From Candidatus Latescibacterota bacterium (lineage in GTDB: Bacteria > Latescibacterota > UBA2968 > UBA8231): a stretch of DNA of 64,000 nucleotides. Shown here in pieces: positions 49,074 to 58,435 of this stretch. The notes under the pieces are model-generated. The model saw nothing but the letters and a program-made list of their open reading frames with translations. It made no database searches and was not told the DNA's origin. The stretch spans positions 2,528,001 through 2,592,000 of the forward strand of contig OZ244561.1 in NCBI GenBank assembly GCA_965217585.1, in the 5' to 3' direction. Each line of letters starts with the position of its first letter. Position 1 is the stretch's first letter. Position numbers and translations under genes: made by a program.

Positions 49074-49102
49074 GCTCCTGGCGCCCAATGCCCGCGGCCT
49101 TG

Positions 49103-51388
49103 ATGAAACCCAAACATCTGTGCTGCGCCGTGCTGGCGCTCGCTGCGGCTGCTCCGCTCAATGCCGAGGAATTGCGCTTCGACAACGCCGCCCAGTGGCG
49201 CCAGTGGACCCTGCCCCTGGGGATCGTCGAACTGACGCCCCAGGGGGTCGTCCGCCCTTCGCCGGTTCGCAAAAACATCAATGCCGCACTCGATGCCCTA
49301 GACCATGGCGGGGGCATCCGCGGCGTCGGGTCCAACCGCGCCACTGCGGCCCTGGTCTTCGACGGCGACCCTGCGACCGGCTGGCAGCCCGCCTCGGGCG
49401 ACCTGGAAGAGACGGGCTGGATCGAGGTGGATCTGGGCCGCGGCGTCCCGGCCAGCCGCGTCTCCCTGGTCTTCGACGGCGCCGCACCCCCTTTCGAGAT
49501 TTTCAACCTGCTGCTGTCCACAGGGGAACAGTTCGTCGACGATGCCAGAGTCCCGGTCCCCGGCACCCTGACCTACCGCATCGCCGAGCGCTTCGGCGCA
49601 AACAGCGCCCACCGCATCGACTTCGCCATTCCCGCCATACCCCCGACGCCGATCCAGTTCGTGCGCTTTGAAGCGCTCAAGGCCGCGCCCGATGCGCGGC
49701 TGGTCGAAATCGAAGTGGAAGCCCTAGGCGACAACCTGGTCTCGGGTTTGCGCGAGCGGGGCGGGGGCGTCGAGATCATCATCGGCACCAGCCGCACAGA
49801 TTTCGAAGCCGCGACGCTGACCAATGCCCTGCGGCTGATCGACGGCCGAATCAACACCTACTGGCGCAGCGGCCGAGTCCCGCGCGCCTCCGACGATGTC
49901 TGGGCCTGGATCATCCTGGACCTGGGCGCCGTCTACTGGGTCGACCAGGTGCACCACATCGGCCATATCGATCGCGGGCGGCATTTCAATATGAACTTCC
50001 ACGAGATGATGACCTCGGACGGCTCGCTGGCCGCGGACGGCTCGCTGCGCTGGACCAAGCACTTTTCCGGCGTCCTGCCGTGGACCATCCGCCGCCAAGG
50101 CATGATTGCGCACCGCTTCGCCCCCATCCCCACGCGCTTCGTGCGCATCCTCTTCAAGACCTGGGACGCCCAGTGTACCACCGCATCCGGCACTGGCGCG
50201 TCCGGTTGCTACTCCAATGGCCACACTGCGGAGATCATGGTCTTCAGCGAGGGTTTTCCGCGCGAGGTGCGCTTCCATTCCCCCATCCTCGATCTCGAGG
50301 GCCGGAAGAATGTCAATGCCCTCCGCTGGGCCGCCGATGTGCCCTCCGGCACCCGGCTCGAGCTGCGCAGCCGCTCGGGCGACGAACTGGAGCAGCTTTT
50401 CACCTTCTACGACAAGAATCTCAAAGAAGTCACCGAAAAGAGGTGGGACAAGCTCATTCCCTCTTTCCGCGGCCCCATCGATACTACCACTGCGGCCGGC
50501 GGCGACTGGAGTCCCTGGAGCAATATCTACGCGGCCTCCGGCCAGACCTTCCTCTCGCCCTCACTCAGGCGCTTCGTCCAGCTCGACGCGCGTCTGGTGA
50601 GCGACTCCCCCCTGCGGGCACCCTCCCTGGACTGGGTGAGCCTGGACTTCGCCGATCCCATCGCCGAACGCGTCAGCGCCGAGGTCTACCCCTTCCAGGT
50701 CGAGCCGGGCACCATGGTGACCTTTTCCTACTGGCTGCGCGCCCCTGCTACTCGCGAAGGCTTTGACCGGCTGGCCATAGAGGCCTCCACGCCCCTGCGC
50801 TTTGTCGACACCCGCCTCGATGGCGCGCCCATCGAGGTCCAGGCGAGAGAGGACAGCGCCGGCTTCCGTTTGCAGTTCCCCCGCCGGGTGCAGAGCGGCG
50901 AACTGGTGGAGATGCGCTTTGAGGCCGCCGCTTTCCTGCAGGCCACGCGTTTTGACCTCTTTCTCGAAGACAGCCGGCTGGGCCCGGACGTGCGCCAGCG
51001 GGTCGAACCGGGTGACGCCAACCCACAGGTCGAAAGCAGTACCAATATCGTCGAGTTGCCCCTGGACCGCGCCCTCTTCGCCCATCTCTCCGTGTACCCC
51101 AGAGTGCTCACACCCAATGGCGACGGCATAGGTGACCGCCTCTTCATCAGCCTGAACCTGATCAACGTGCTGGAGCACAGACCGCTGAAACTGGAGCTTT
51201 TCGACCTGGCCGGCCGCCGGGTGCGCCAGGTCTCGGCACGAGCGCTGGCCGGCGCCCAGGAACTGGTCTGGGACGGGCGAGACCAATCGGGCGACCTGGT
51301 GCCGCCCGGCCACTACTTTCTACGGCTCAAAGTGGAAAGCGACGCCCGCAGCCAGAGCGTCAGCCGAATGGTGTCGATCGTCTATTGA
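49103..51388 (+). CDS. Secreted discoidin-like + FlgD-Ig/CHU_C-like domain protein (paralogue 3)
   Basis: Signal peptide to LNA-E; WIEVDLG, IILDLG, WSPWSNIY..SPSLRRF, LTPNGDGIGD..FDLAGR..WDGRDQSG..VPPGHY..IVY. Confidence 0.75.
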   Translation: MKPKHLCCAVLALAAAAPLNAEELRFDNAAQWRQWTLPLGIVELTPQGVVRPSPVRKNINAALDALDHGGGIRGVGSNRATAALVFDGDPATGWQPASGDLEETGWIEVDLGRGVPASRVSLVFDGAAPPFEIFNLLLSTGEQFVDDARVPVPGTLTYRIAERFGANSAHRIDFAIPAIPPTPIQFVRFEALKAAPDARLVEIEVEALGDNLVSGLRERGGGVEIIIGTSRTDFEAATLTNALRLIDGRINTYWRSGRVPRASDDVWAWIILDLGAVYWVDQVHHIGHIDRGRHFNMNFHEMMTSDGSLAADGSLRWTKHFSGVLPWTIRRQGMIAHRFAPIPTRFVRILFKTWDAQCTTASGTGASGCYSNGHTAEIMVFSEGFPREVRFHSPILDLEGRKNVNALRWAADVPSGTRLELRSRSGDELEQLFTFYDKNLKEVTEKRWDKLIPSFRGPIDTTTAAGGDWSPWSNIYAASGQTFLSPSLRRFVQLDARLVSDSPLRAPSLDWVSLDFADPIAERVSAEVYPFQVEPGTMVTFSYWLRAPATREGFDRLAIEASTPLRFVDTRLDGAPIEVQAREDSAGFRLQFPRRVQSGELVEMRFEAAAFLQATRFDLFLEDSRLGPDVRQRVEPGDANPQVESSTNIVELPLDRALFAHLSVYPRVLTPNGDGIGDRLFISLNLINVLEHRPLKLELFDLAGRRVRQVSARALAGAQELVWDGRDQSGDLVPPGHYFLRLKVESDARSQSVSRMVSIVY

Positions 51389-51611
51389 AATCCCGGCGGG
51401 ACGTTGGGAATGGGAGCCGTGTTGGCGGCAAAATTCCCTCCAGCCGCCGTGTCTTTCTTCCACCTGACGTAAAGGAGCGGGATCCATCTGGTGCAGGCGG
51501 CGGAGCAAGTGCCCGATGGTCCGGGCAAGGCCGAGACGCTGGGGCGGTGGGACCGAGGGCCAGACCGCGGGCAGAGGTTGGCCCGACACCCGAGTCATCA
51601 AGACGTGTATG

Positions 51612-51690
51612 AGATCGCATCAATTCGGCTTGCAGGATGCGCTCGGCCAGGTCCTTGGTCACTGCTTGAGGAGACCGTCCTTATTGACTC
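51612..51690 (-). pseudogene. IS256-family transposase N-terminal remnant (frameshifted)
   Basis: KDGLLKQ / TKDLAERILQAEL joined across a 1-bp gap resembles the IS256 motif DGLLKQLTKAL.ER.LQAEL. Confidence 0.5.
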
Positions 51691-51731
51691 GTATAGTGAT
51701 CGGTTTCGTTTCCATACACGTCAGGCCGCCG

Positions 51732-53447
51732 TCACTGGCTCGGCTGAACGATCCCGCTTCCCTCGCGAATCACCAGAACCCTGTTGGCGGACAGATCTTC
51801 AACGCTTTCGACCAGACCGCTCGGCCAGAATACTTCCAGCCGGTCTACAGTAGTGCACTCGCCCAGGCCGAAGTGGACCCTCGAGTCGTTCTGCGATAGA
51901 TAGCTCGAACCGCTCCGCACCTCATCGACCTGCGTCACGTCCCCGCAGCGGAGTTTTACCCGAGCGCCGATGCCGTCCCTGTTGCTCTCGGTGCCTTCCG
52001 TCCGGACTATCAGATAGTTGTTTCGATCACCCCCGTCGTTGCGCAGCAGCGTCGGGAGATCGTTGAGCTCCAGGACGAATATGTCGAGGTCGCCGTCCTC
52101 ATCGTAATCCCCGAAGGAAGCGCCCCTGCTTACCTTCTCGATCTGCAGTCCCGCGCCCGAGGTCAGGGACACTTCGGCAAAGGTGCCATCCCCCATATTC
52201 TCGAACAGCTGATTTGTCTGGGCATAGCTGACTCCCAGGTTCGCCCTGTCGACCTGCGGATAGACATGGCCGTTGGCGACGAAAAGATCCTTGTCACCGT
52301 CGTTGTCGTAGTCGAAGAACCCGGTGCCCCAAGCGAGGAAGTGGAAGCTTGCCAACCCCACTCCCGCATCGAAAGTGAGATCCGAGAAAAACCGCCCTCC
52401 GTCGTTGTGATACAGGGTGTTCGTCTCTTCCCAGAAGTTGGTGACCAGTATGTCTGGATACGCGTCGTTGTCGTAGTCCCCGAAGGCGATGCCCATGCAT
52501 CCCTGTGGCTGGCCGCCTTCGTCGTATGCCGCACCCTTCATCCAAGCCACGTCGGTAAAGGTCCCGTCGCCCCTGTTCTCGTAGAGATAGTTGGGCCCCG
52601 TATCGTTGGCCACGTAAACATCCGAATCGCCGTCATTGTCGTAGTCTCCCGCAACTACACCGAGTCCGTACAGCATGTCGCGATCCACAAGACCGGCTAC
52701 GGCAGTCGCATCGGAAAAGACGCCCTCGCCCTCGTTGCGGTAGAATACGTCCGCCTCCCCCCGCATCCCGTGCGGTCCGAAATGGACGGTCAACCCCCGC
52801 CACTCGTGCCTCCTGTCGGGAGTGGTTTCCATGAAATGATCGAAATCGACGTAGTTCGCCACATACAGGTCGAGATCGCCATCGCGGTCGTAGTCGAAGA
52901 AAGCACATCCGGTGCTGAATGGCTCCTCTCCGAAGACTCCGGCGCGCTGCGCGACATCGGCAAAGGCCCCATCTCCCCGATTTTCGTACAGCGCGTTGCT
53001 GCCGTAGTTGGTCACGTAGATGTCCGCATCCCCGTCGTTGTCGTAATCGGCGACGGCGCAGCCCATTCCCCAACTGGTGTCTCCGAGACCCGATTCTTCT
53101 GTGGCGTTCGAAAACGTCGCCCCCTCGTTTCGGTAGAGGGCATTGCGCGGACGATCCCGGCCGGGGAATCCTCCCACTCTCGACCCGTTCAGCACATACA
53201 GATCCAGGTCCCCGTCCCGGTCGTAGTCGAAGAAGGCCGACCCCCCCATGAAGGCATCGACCAGGTACTGCTGTTCGCCATCACCGGAGACGTTCATCAA
53301 GGTGACGCCGCCCTCTGCCGCGACATCGACAAACTGCACGCAGGTGTCGAGCACGAGCCCGTCGTCAGCGGCCTGCAAGCGGCCACAGGGGGAGATCGAG
53401 ATAAGAAAATAGAGCCCGGAGGTGTAGAGGCGAGATCCGCGAGCCAT
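51732..53447 (-). CDS. CRTAC1-family protein (FG-GAP repeats + ASPIC/UnbV)
   Basis: Repeated DYDxDGDxD and LY.N.GDG.F; C-terminal NRDGIGARV..GSSYLSQ..HFGLG..WPSG. Confidence 0.92.
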   Translation of the reverse strand: MARGSRLYTSGLYFLISISPCGRLQAADDGLVLDTCVQFVDVAAEGGVTLMNVSGDGEQQYLVDAFMGGSAFFDYDRDGDLDLYVLNGSRVGGFPGRDRPRNALYRNEGATFSNATEESGLGDTSWGMGCAVADYDNDGDADIYVTNYGSNALYENRGDGAFADVAQRAGVFGEEPFSTGCAFFDYDRDGDLDLYVANYVDFDHFMETTPDRRHEWRGLTVHFGPHGMRGEADVFYRNEGEGVFSDATAVAGLVDRDMLYGLGVVAGDYDNDGDSDVYVANDTGPNYLYENRGDGTFTDVAWMKGAAYDEGGQPQGCMGIAFGDYDNDAYPDILVTNFWEETNTLYHNDGGRFFSDLTFDAGVGLASFHFLAWGTGFFDYDNDGDKDLFVANGHVYPQVDRANLGVSYAQTNQLFENMGDGTFAEVSLTSGAGLQIEKVSRGASFGDYDEDGDLDIFVLELNDLPTLLRNDGGDRNNYLIVRTEGTESNRDGIGARVKLRCGDVTQVDEVRSGSSYLSQNDSRVHFGLGECTTVDRLEVFWPSGLVESVEDLSANRVLVIREGSGIVQPSQ

Positions 53448-53458
53448 CCGGTGTCAGC

Positions 53459-55066
53459 TCATGGTCCGTTCTCGTCTGCCGGCTCCAGCCGGCGAGAGAT
53501 CTCGAACTGCTCATCCGCTTCGTGGTACCTGCCCGTTTTCAGGTAGGCGTCGCCGAGACGGCGATGGTATTCGACATTGGCAGGGTCGAGAGCGATGGCG
53601 AGCTTGTACTCATTGATGGCGCTGATGTCCCGCCCCTGTCTGGAATACTGCATAGCGAGCTCGAAGTGAAACTGCGGATTGTCGGGGACCAGGGCGACGC
53701 TGCGTTCGAGTTCGGCGATGTTGCCTTCGCGCTGCTTCCGGAATATCTGCATCTCCCTCTCGCCCTCTTCGCGATTCCCCTGCTTGAAGTAGGCGTTGGC
53801 GAGACCGAAATGCGCTTCTGTGTTGAAGTAGTCGAGTCCGATGGCCTTCTCATACTCCGCGATCGCCTCTTCGGTTCTTCCGGTCCGGGCATACACAGCT
53901 CCTAGGGCGTAGTGGAAGAGCGTGTTGTCCGGCTCGCGCTCAATTGCCTGCCTGTACTGGTCTCCAGCTTCCTCGTATTTCCTGTTTCTGGAGTAAATCA
54001 TACCGAGGCGATAGCGCGTGTACGCGAGGTCGGGATCCACCGTCAGGGTCTTTCTGTACTGCACCGCCGCTTCCTCGTAGTTGCGCTGCCGCTCATAGGC
54101 CATGCCGAGGTTGTGCTGGAACCAGCCGTTGTCGGGGGCCAGCTCAACCGCCTTGCGGTGTTCCTTCACGGCGGCAGCGAGTTTGTCCTGGTCTGCCATT
54201 GCCGCTCCCAAGAGCACGTGTGACTGTTCGGTGTAGACGAGCCCCAGCTTGTCGTGCACATCTGCACGACGGGGGTCGAGCCCCAGGGTTGCGGCAAATG
54301 CGTCTGCCGCTTCGCTCAGTCTGCCGATGGCCATGTACGCTTTTCCCAGGACGTAGTGGACCGACGGTTCATTCTCGACCAGCTTTGCAGCCTGCTGCAG
54401 TTCTTCTATCGCTTTGGCGTATTCCTGTTCCTGAAGATAGATGGCTCCAAGTCGATAGCGAGAGGGGCCGTAGTCGGGCTTGAGCCGGAGCACAGTCTTG
54501 AAATGCTCCGCCGCCGCCGTCGGTTTTCCCTCCTGCGAGTAGATCATGCCGAGCCCGTGATGAGCGAGGAAGTACGTCGGCTCGGATGCGATCACTCTTT
54601 CGTAGGCATCCTTCGCTTTTTCGCGATCCCGGCGGATCAGGAAGATCTTGCCCAGCTTGTAGAGAGACGGCGCATAGTCGGGGTCGATCTCCAGTACTCT
54701 TTCGAATTCTGCCTCTGCCTCTCGGAATCTTTTCTGCAGAGCATAGATGAAACCAAGGCCGTCGCGCGGGCGAATGTCAGTCGGGTCGATCTCGATCGCT
54801 TTCCTGTACTCTCGCTCGGCGCTCTGGAAGTCACCGCTCTGCGCATGGCGCAGACCGAGTCTGTAGTGGTGTTCACTCTGTCGGGAGCTTTCCGTCGACA
54901 GCATTGGCGACGCCACGGGTCCGCCGGACTCCTGGCTGAGAAGCTTCTGGGGGCATACCAAAAAGCAGACAGCGAATGCCGCGCAGCCGACGCCACCGCG
55001 AGCTGTCCGTCGCCAGCATTGGCGACGCAACTCAGTGCTGGTCATGCTGAAAAAAGCGATTGTCAA
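53459..55066 (-). CDS. Tetratricopeptide repeat protein, exported
   Basis: About a dozen TPR units (Y.LG..Y...G...A...Y..A...P) after a signal-like segment. Confidence 0.9.
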   Translation of the reverse strand: MTIAFFSMTSTELRRQCWRRTARGGVGCAAFAVCFLVCPQKLLSQESGGPVASPMLSTESSRQSEHHYRLGLRHAQSGDFQSAEREYRKAIEIDPTDIRPRDGLGFIYALQKRFREAEAEFERVLEIDPDYAPSLYKLGKIFLIRRDREKAKDAYERVIASEPTYFLAHHGLGMIYSQEGKPTAAAEHFKTVLRLKPDYGPSRYRLGAIYLQEQEYAKAIEELQQAAKLVENEPSVHYVLGKAYMAIGRLSEAADAFAATLGLDPRRADVHDKLGLVYTEQSHVLLGAAMADQDKLAAAVKEHRKAVELAPDNGWFQHNLGMAYERQRNYEEAAVQYRKTLTVDPDLAYTRYRLGMIYSRNRKYEEAGDQYRQAIEREPDNTLFHYALGAVYARTGRTEEAIAEYEKAIGLDYFNTEAHFGLANAYFKQGNREEGEREMQIFRKQREGNIAELERSVALVPDNPQFHFELAMQYSRQGRDISAINEYKLAIALDPANVEYHRRLGDAYLKTGRYHEADEQFEISRRLEPADENGP

Positions 55067-57057
55067 TAGGCCACCGCAACGACACCGCTGCTAGTCGCCT
55101 TCTCTGACTGCACATCCACCACTAGCCGGTACAGATACACCCCCGGCGGCACCAGCTCGTTCGAGTCGTCCCGGCCATCCCACACGTGGCTGTACTCTCC
55201 CACCGGATCCTCCCCCTCATACACCCGCCTCACCAGCCGGCCCGACAGATCGTAGATCTCGATCGCTACCGGCACCGCAGAGGTCAACCGCAGCAGCTTG
55301 TACGATATGTTCACCACCTCATTCACCCCATCGCCGTTCGGCGTGAACGGATTCGGCGAGATCCGAGGCGAAAACACCAGCGATTCGCTCAGAGCCGTTC
55401 TCACCGACAAACGATCGCCTTCGATCTCATTGGTAGCATTGCCCGGCACGACCCGCTGCCGCACCTCGTGCGGCCTGGTCGTGTCGAACACTCTGCCTGC
55501 AAACAGGGTGCCCACTTCTCTCAGTACCGGAGCGGTGAACACCACCTCTACCAGCGCACCGCTGTCCGTCGACTCCAGCCGACGCGGGAGCAGAGCCTCA
55601 AACCCCAGACCGTCTTCGTGGATAGTCCACGAGAAATCCTCCTGATTGATGCCGGCTATGCGCAGCGAATCGACCGACACCACCCCTGAAGGCGTCGCGA
55701 TCTCCACCCCGTCAAAACTGCTGTCGGTGGACCGGATCGTCGGACTGATGTAATACGTAAATTGCGTCGTTTCGCCCACCTGGGTCTCGGTCGGGTGAAT
55801 CTCCCCTACCAGGCGGCGAACCAACGGCGGTACCGACGCCTTGAACTCTATGTAGTCGATCTTGCCCCCGTCTTCGACGGTGGTAGAGGCAAAATCCACT
55901 CTGATCTGGACGAACTTCCGCGGACCGGGGGATGCAATGGGGACCCCGGGATGCTCGAACGCATACGGACTCGAATAGAAGCTCCAGTGCTCCGTGTCGG
56001 GACGCACCCTGTCCTGCTCGTCTTCCGGTTTGAGGAAATCAGCCAGTTTGTCATACTGGCGCTTGTACTCCGTCAGACTCAGATCGCCGCCCCCTTGGAG
56101 AAACCTGACGATGTCCTGCTGCTCGGGGCGGGTCTCCCAGAAAATGACCGGCTGCGGGTCGGTACCGGCCCGGGTGCGGATCGCGACCTGGGCGTGGGGA
56201 TCCTGCCGTCCCGACCAGCGGATCTCGCCTAGACTGGCGATGTCGTCCAGTTCGATGACGTCGGATTCATATGAGGCCTTCCTCACGTACCCCCCCCCGT
56301 ACAACTCGAAAGCGGCCAGCCCGATCTCCTTGGGCGTTTGCCGAAGGATCCGCAACTGCACAAAGTTGGTCGTCACGGGTCGATCGAGCATCACGCTGAC
56401 TTCGGGTTCAGTATTGCCCTCTACCTCCACAACAGTTGGGAGATTCGGGACGTGTCCAATTATACCGTATCTCTCGTCGCTGACACCGATGACGAATTGC
56501 TCCAGGAAGTGATCCGACCTGTCCGCCAGAGGCCGCAGTCTCACCTCCCTGATGAGGAATCGTCCGCCTAGATCGAAATGCACTCTCAACGATGCACCGG
56601 GGTCGTTACAACAGGCGGCGCGAAAGTCGAGGGTCGCTTGATCTATGGCCTTCCATGTGTGCGCCGTACTCGGATCCTGATCGACCAGCAGGTTTCCGAT
56701 CGTCTGGTCGAAGTTGCTCCTACCAGCTTCCCGCTGCACTGCCACCCAGCCGTCTCTGCTCAACAGCGTTGCGGCGATATCCTCGTCTTCTGCGAAGAAA
56801 TTGGGCTGCAGTACGCTCGCCTGTAGCGAGTCCGGATCGAGGGCATCCTCCAGCTGCGAGTTTTCCGACCAGTCGAGCTCCCTGAAGTCGATGCCGATCC
56901 CCTCCAAGCTATCCTTTTCCGCCTCGGAAAAAGGCGTGCCGATGCGGTAGACGATCACGCCCGAAGCGTCGCGCGCATTGAGCGCGAGGGCAATTAAGGC
57001 AAGCAGGAACATTCCCGTCGTCATCTGGCAGAAAGATTTGGAGGAAACTGATACCAT
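55063..57057 (-). CDS. Secreted FlgD-Ig/CHU_C-like domain protein (paralogue 4)
   Basis: Signal peptide, HFDLGGRF, WSFYSSPY..SPGPRKFVQ, PNPFTPNGDGVNE..YDLSGR..WDGRDDS..VPPGVY..VAY. Confidence 0.78.
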   Translation of the reverse strand: MVSVSSKSFCQMTTGMFLLALIALALNARDASGVIVYRIGTPFSEAEKDSLEGIGIDFRELDWSENSQLEDALDPDSLQASVLQPNFFAEDEDIAATLLSRDGWVAVQREAGRSNFDQTIGNLLVDQDPSTAHTWKAIDQATLDFRAACCNDPGASLRVHFDLGGRFLIREVRLRPLADRSDHFLEQFVIGVSDERYGIIGHVPNLPTVVEVEGNTEPEVSVMLDRPVTTNFVQLRILRQTPKEIGLAAFELYGGGYVRKASYESDVIELDDIASLGEIRWSGRQDPHAQVAIRTRAGTDPQPVIFWETRPEQQDIVRFLQGGGDLSLTEYKRQYDKLADFLKPEDEQDRVRPDTEHWSFYSSPYAFEHPGVPIASPGPRKFVQIRVDFASTTVEDGGKIDYIEFKASVPPLVRRLVGEIHPTETQVGETTQFTYYISPTIRSTDSSFDGVEIATPSGVVSVDSLRIAGINQEDFSWTIHEDGLGFEALLPRRLESTDSGALVEVVFTAPVLREVGTLFAGRVFDTTRPHEVRQRVVPGNATNEIEGDRLSVRTALSESLVFSPRISPNPFTPNGDGVNEVVNISYKLLRLTSAVPVAIEIYDLSGRLVRRVYEGEDPVGEYSHVWDGRDDSNELVPPGVYLYRLVVDVQSEKATSSGVVAVAY

Positions 57058-57067
57058 TGAAAAGTTT

Positions 57068-57214
57068 TGCTTTAGCTGACAGGGGAGTAGTCTGTCGCCA
57101 GAATTGGCGACACATGGAGACCGGCTTGAGCGACGGGGCCTTGTGCCCTGAGAGCGATAGTCGATCTACGTAAGAGCGTGCGTAGCCTCAGAAGCTGTCT
57201 GCTTTAGCTGACAG
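57068..57214. promoter_or_regulatory. 15-bp direct repeat pair plus 8-bp palindrome upstream of paralogue 4
   Basis: TGCTTTAGCTGACAG at 57068-57082 and 57200-57214; TGTCGCCA-gaat-TGGCGACA at 57093-57112. Confidence 0.45.
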
Positions 57215-57331
57215 TAGTTCACGCAAGGATACAACAAAAACCCCGACCCCTCAAATTAAACTGGTCGGCCCACTAGTGCTCTGCCAATTGACGGTAACGA
57301 GACCTGAGCATGCGGCTGTAATCCGCGCCTT

Positions 57332-58402
57332 TCACTTCACCATCACCTGGTTCACCTTGACGCGCCGGGCCTTTCCCTTGGGTCCCTCGACATCAAGCGT
57401 AACCACGAACTCCCCCGGTTCCTTGTACTGGTGAATCGGGTGCTGTTCGGTCGAAGACGTGTCATCGCCGAAGTCCCACGACCACGACGTGATCTCTCCA
57501 CGGGACCGATCCGTGAAGGCGACCATCCGGCGGTCCATGTCGACCACCGTAAAGGTGTACTCCGCCTCGAGCGGCTTGAGGTACTCCGGCTCCAGCGGCA
57601 TCAATCGGAATGCGCACAGGTTCGAGGCGTCGCTGTCCATGCGCGTCTCGTGGGAAAGGTTCCAGAACCCCTCGTATTCCGTGTGGTCTTCGTCGAAATC
57701 GAGGACCGACCAGGACAGGGCGATCAGGCTGTTCTCCTCCAGCTTCGACACGGCTGCCCGCTCCGGGCCATCGTACGGAGCGTAGTCGAAGAGCGTGATC
57801 CAGAACTCCAGCACGAGCTTGCCGCTCTCCCCTTCCTCGAAATCGTACGAGTACGCGTGATTGGCGTACGGCAACCTGCCGATCCACGGCTGACACCCCC
57901 AGACGAACACCCAATCCCGTCCTTCCCCGGGAGGTGTGAAGATATGGTAGTTCTGGGCGTGCACTCCCTTGAACAGGAAGTGGCTTTCCCACGGGTCGTC
58001 GATCTGGGGGTTGGCAATGTTCGGCCCGCCGGACCGGTCCGCGTCGATGGCGATTTCGAACAAGTCACCGTATTTGTAGTACATATTCCAGTAGTCGTCG
58101 TACGCCTCGTAGAGGAAATAGAGCCGGTTCAGGCCTTTGACCCAACCGACGCGCACGGTGACGTCCAGGTCTTCGCGGTCGTAGTTGGTGAAGTTTCCCA
58201 TGACCGTGTCGGAAAGCTGGTCGGTTCCGTATGCGTAGCTGTCGGGTACCATCGTCCAGTCGTCGGTCTGGCCGTCGATGCGGGGAATCATGTTGGCGGG
58301 GAACTGGAAGATCTTGAATTCCGTGTTGGTTCGCTGCAGGGCCTGAGACGGTGAGATACCCAGCAGCACGGCCGCGGCGATTCCGCATGCTTGCTTGATC
58401 AA
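57332..58402 (-). CDS. Secreted CBM9/DOMON-like protein with C-terminal PKD domain
   Basis: Signal peptide to SQA-L; IDGQTDDW, VGW..LYF..YDDYW, EIAIDADRSGG; PKD FTDRS..SWSWDFGD..QHPIHQY..PG. Confidence 0.8.
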   Translation of the reverse strand: MIKQACGIAAAVLLGISPSQALQRTNTEFKIFQFPANMIPRIDGQTDDWTMVPDSYAYGTDQLSDTVMGNFTNYDREDLDVTVRVGWVKGLNRLYFLYEAYDDYWNMYYKYGDLFEIAIDADRSGGPNIANPQIDDPWESHFLFKGVHAQNYHIFTPPGEGRDWVFVWGCQPWIGRLPYANHAYSYDFEEGESGKLVLEFWITLFDYAPYDGPERAAVSKLEENSLIALSWSVLDFDEDHTEYEGFWNLSHETRMDSDASNLCAFRLMPLEPEYLKPLEAEYTFTVVDMDRRMVAFTDRSRGEITSWSWDFGDDTSSTEQHPIHQYKEPGEFVVTLDVEGPKGKARRVKVNQVMVK

Positions 58403-58435
58403 GTGTTCCCCCTTTCTAACGCGATAGACGGCGCG

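Noticed and set aside
51732-55066. Periodic nucleotide repeats (GTCGTAGTCG-like) that might suggest a CRISPR or repeat array
   Set aside because: They encode FG-GAP DYDxDGD and TPR protein repeats; there is no constant repeat-spacer structure and no cas gene.
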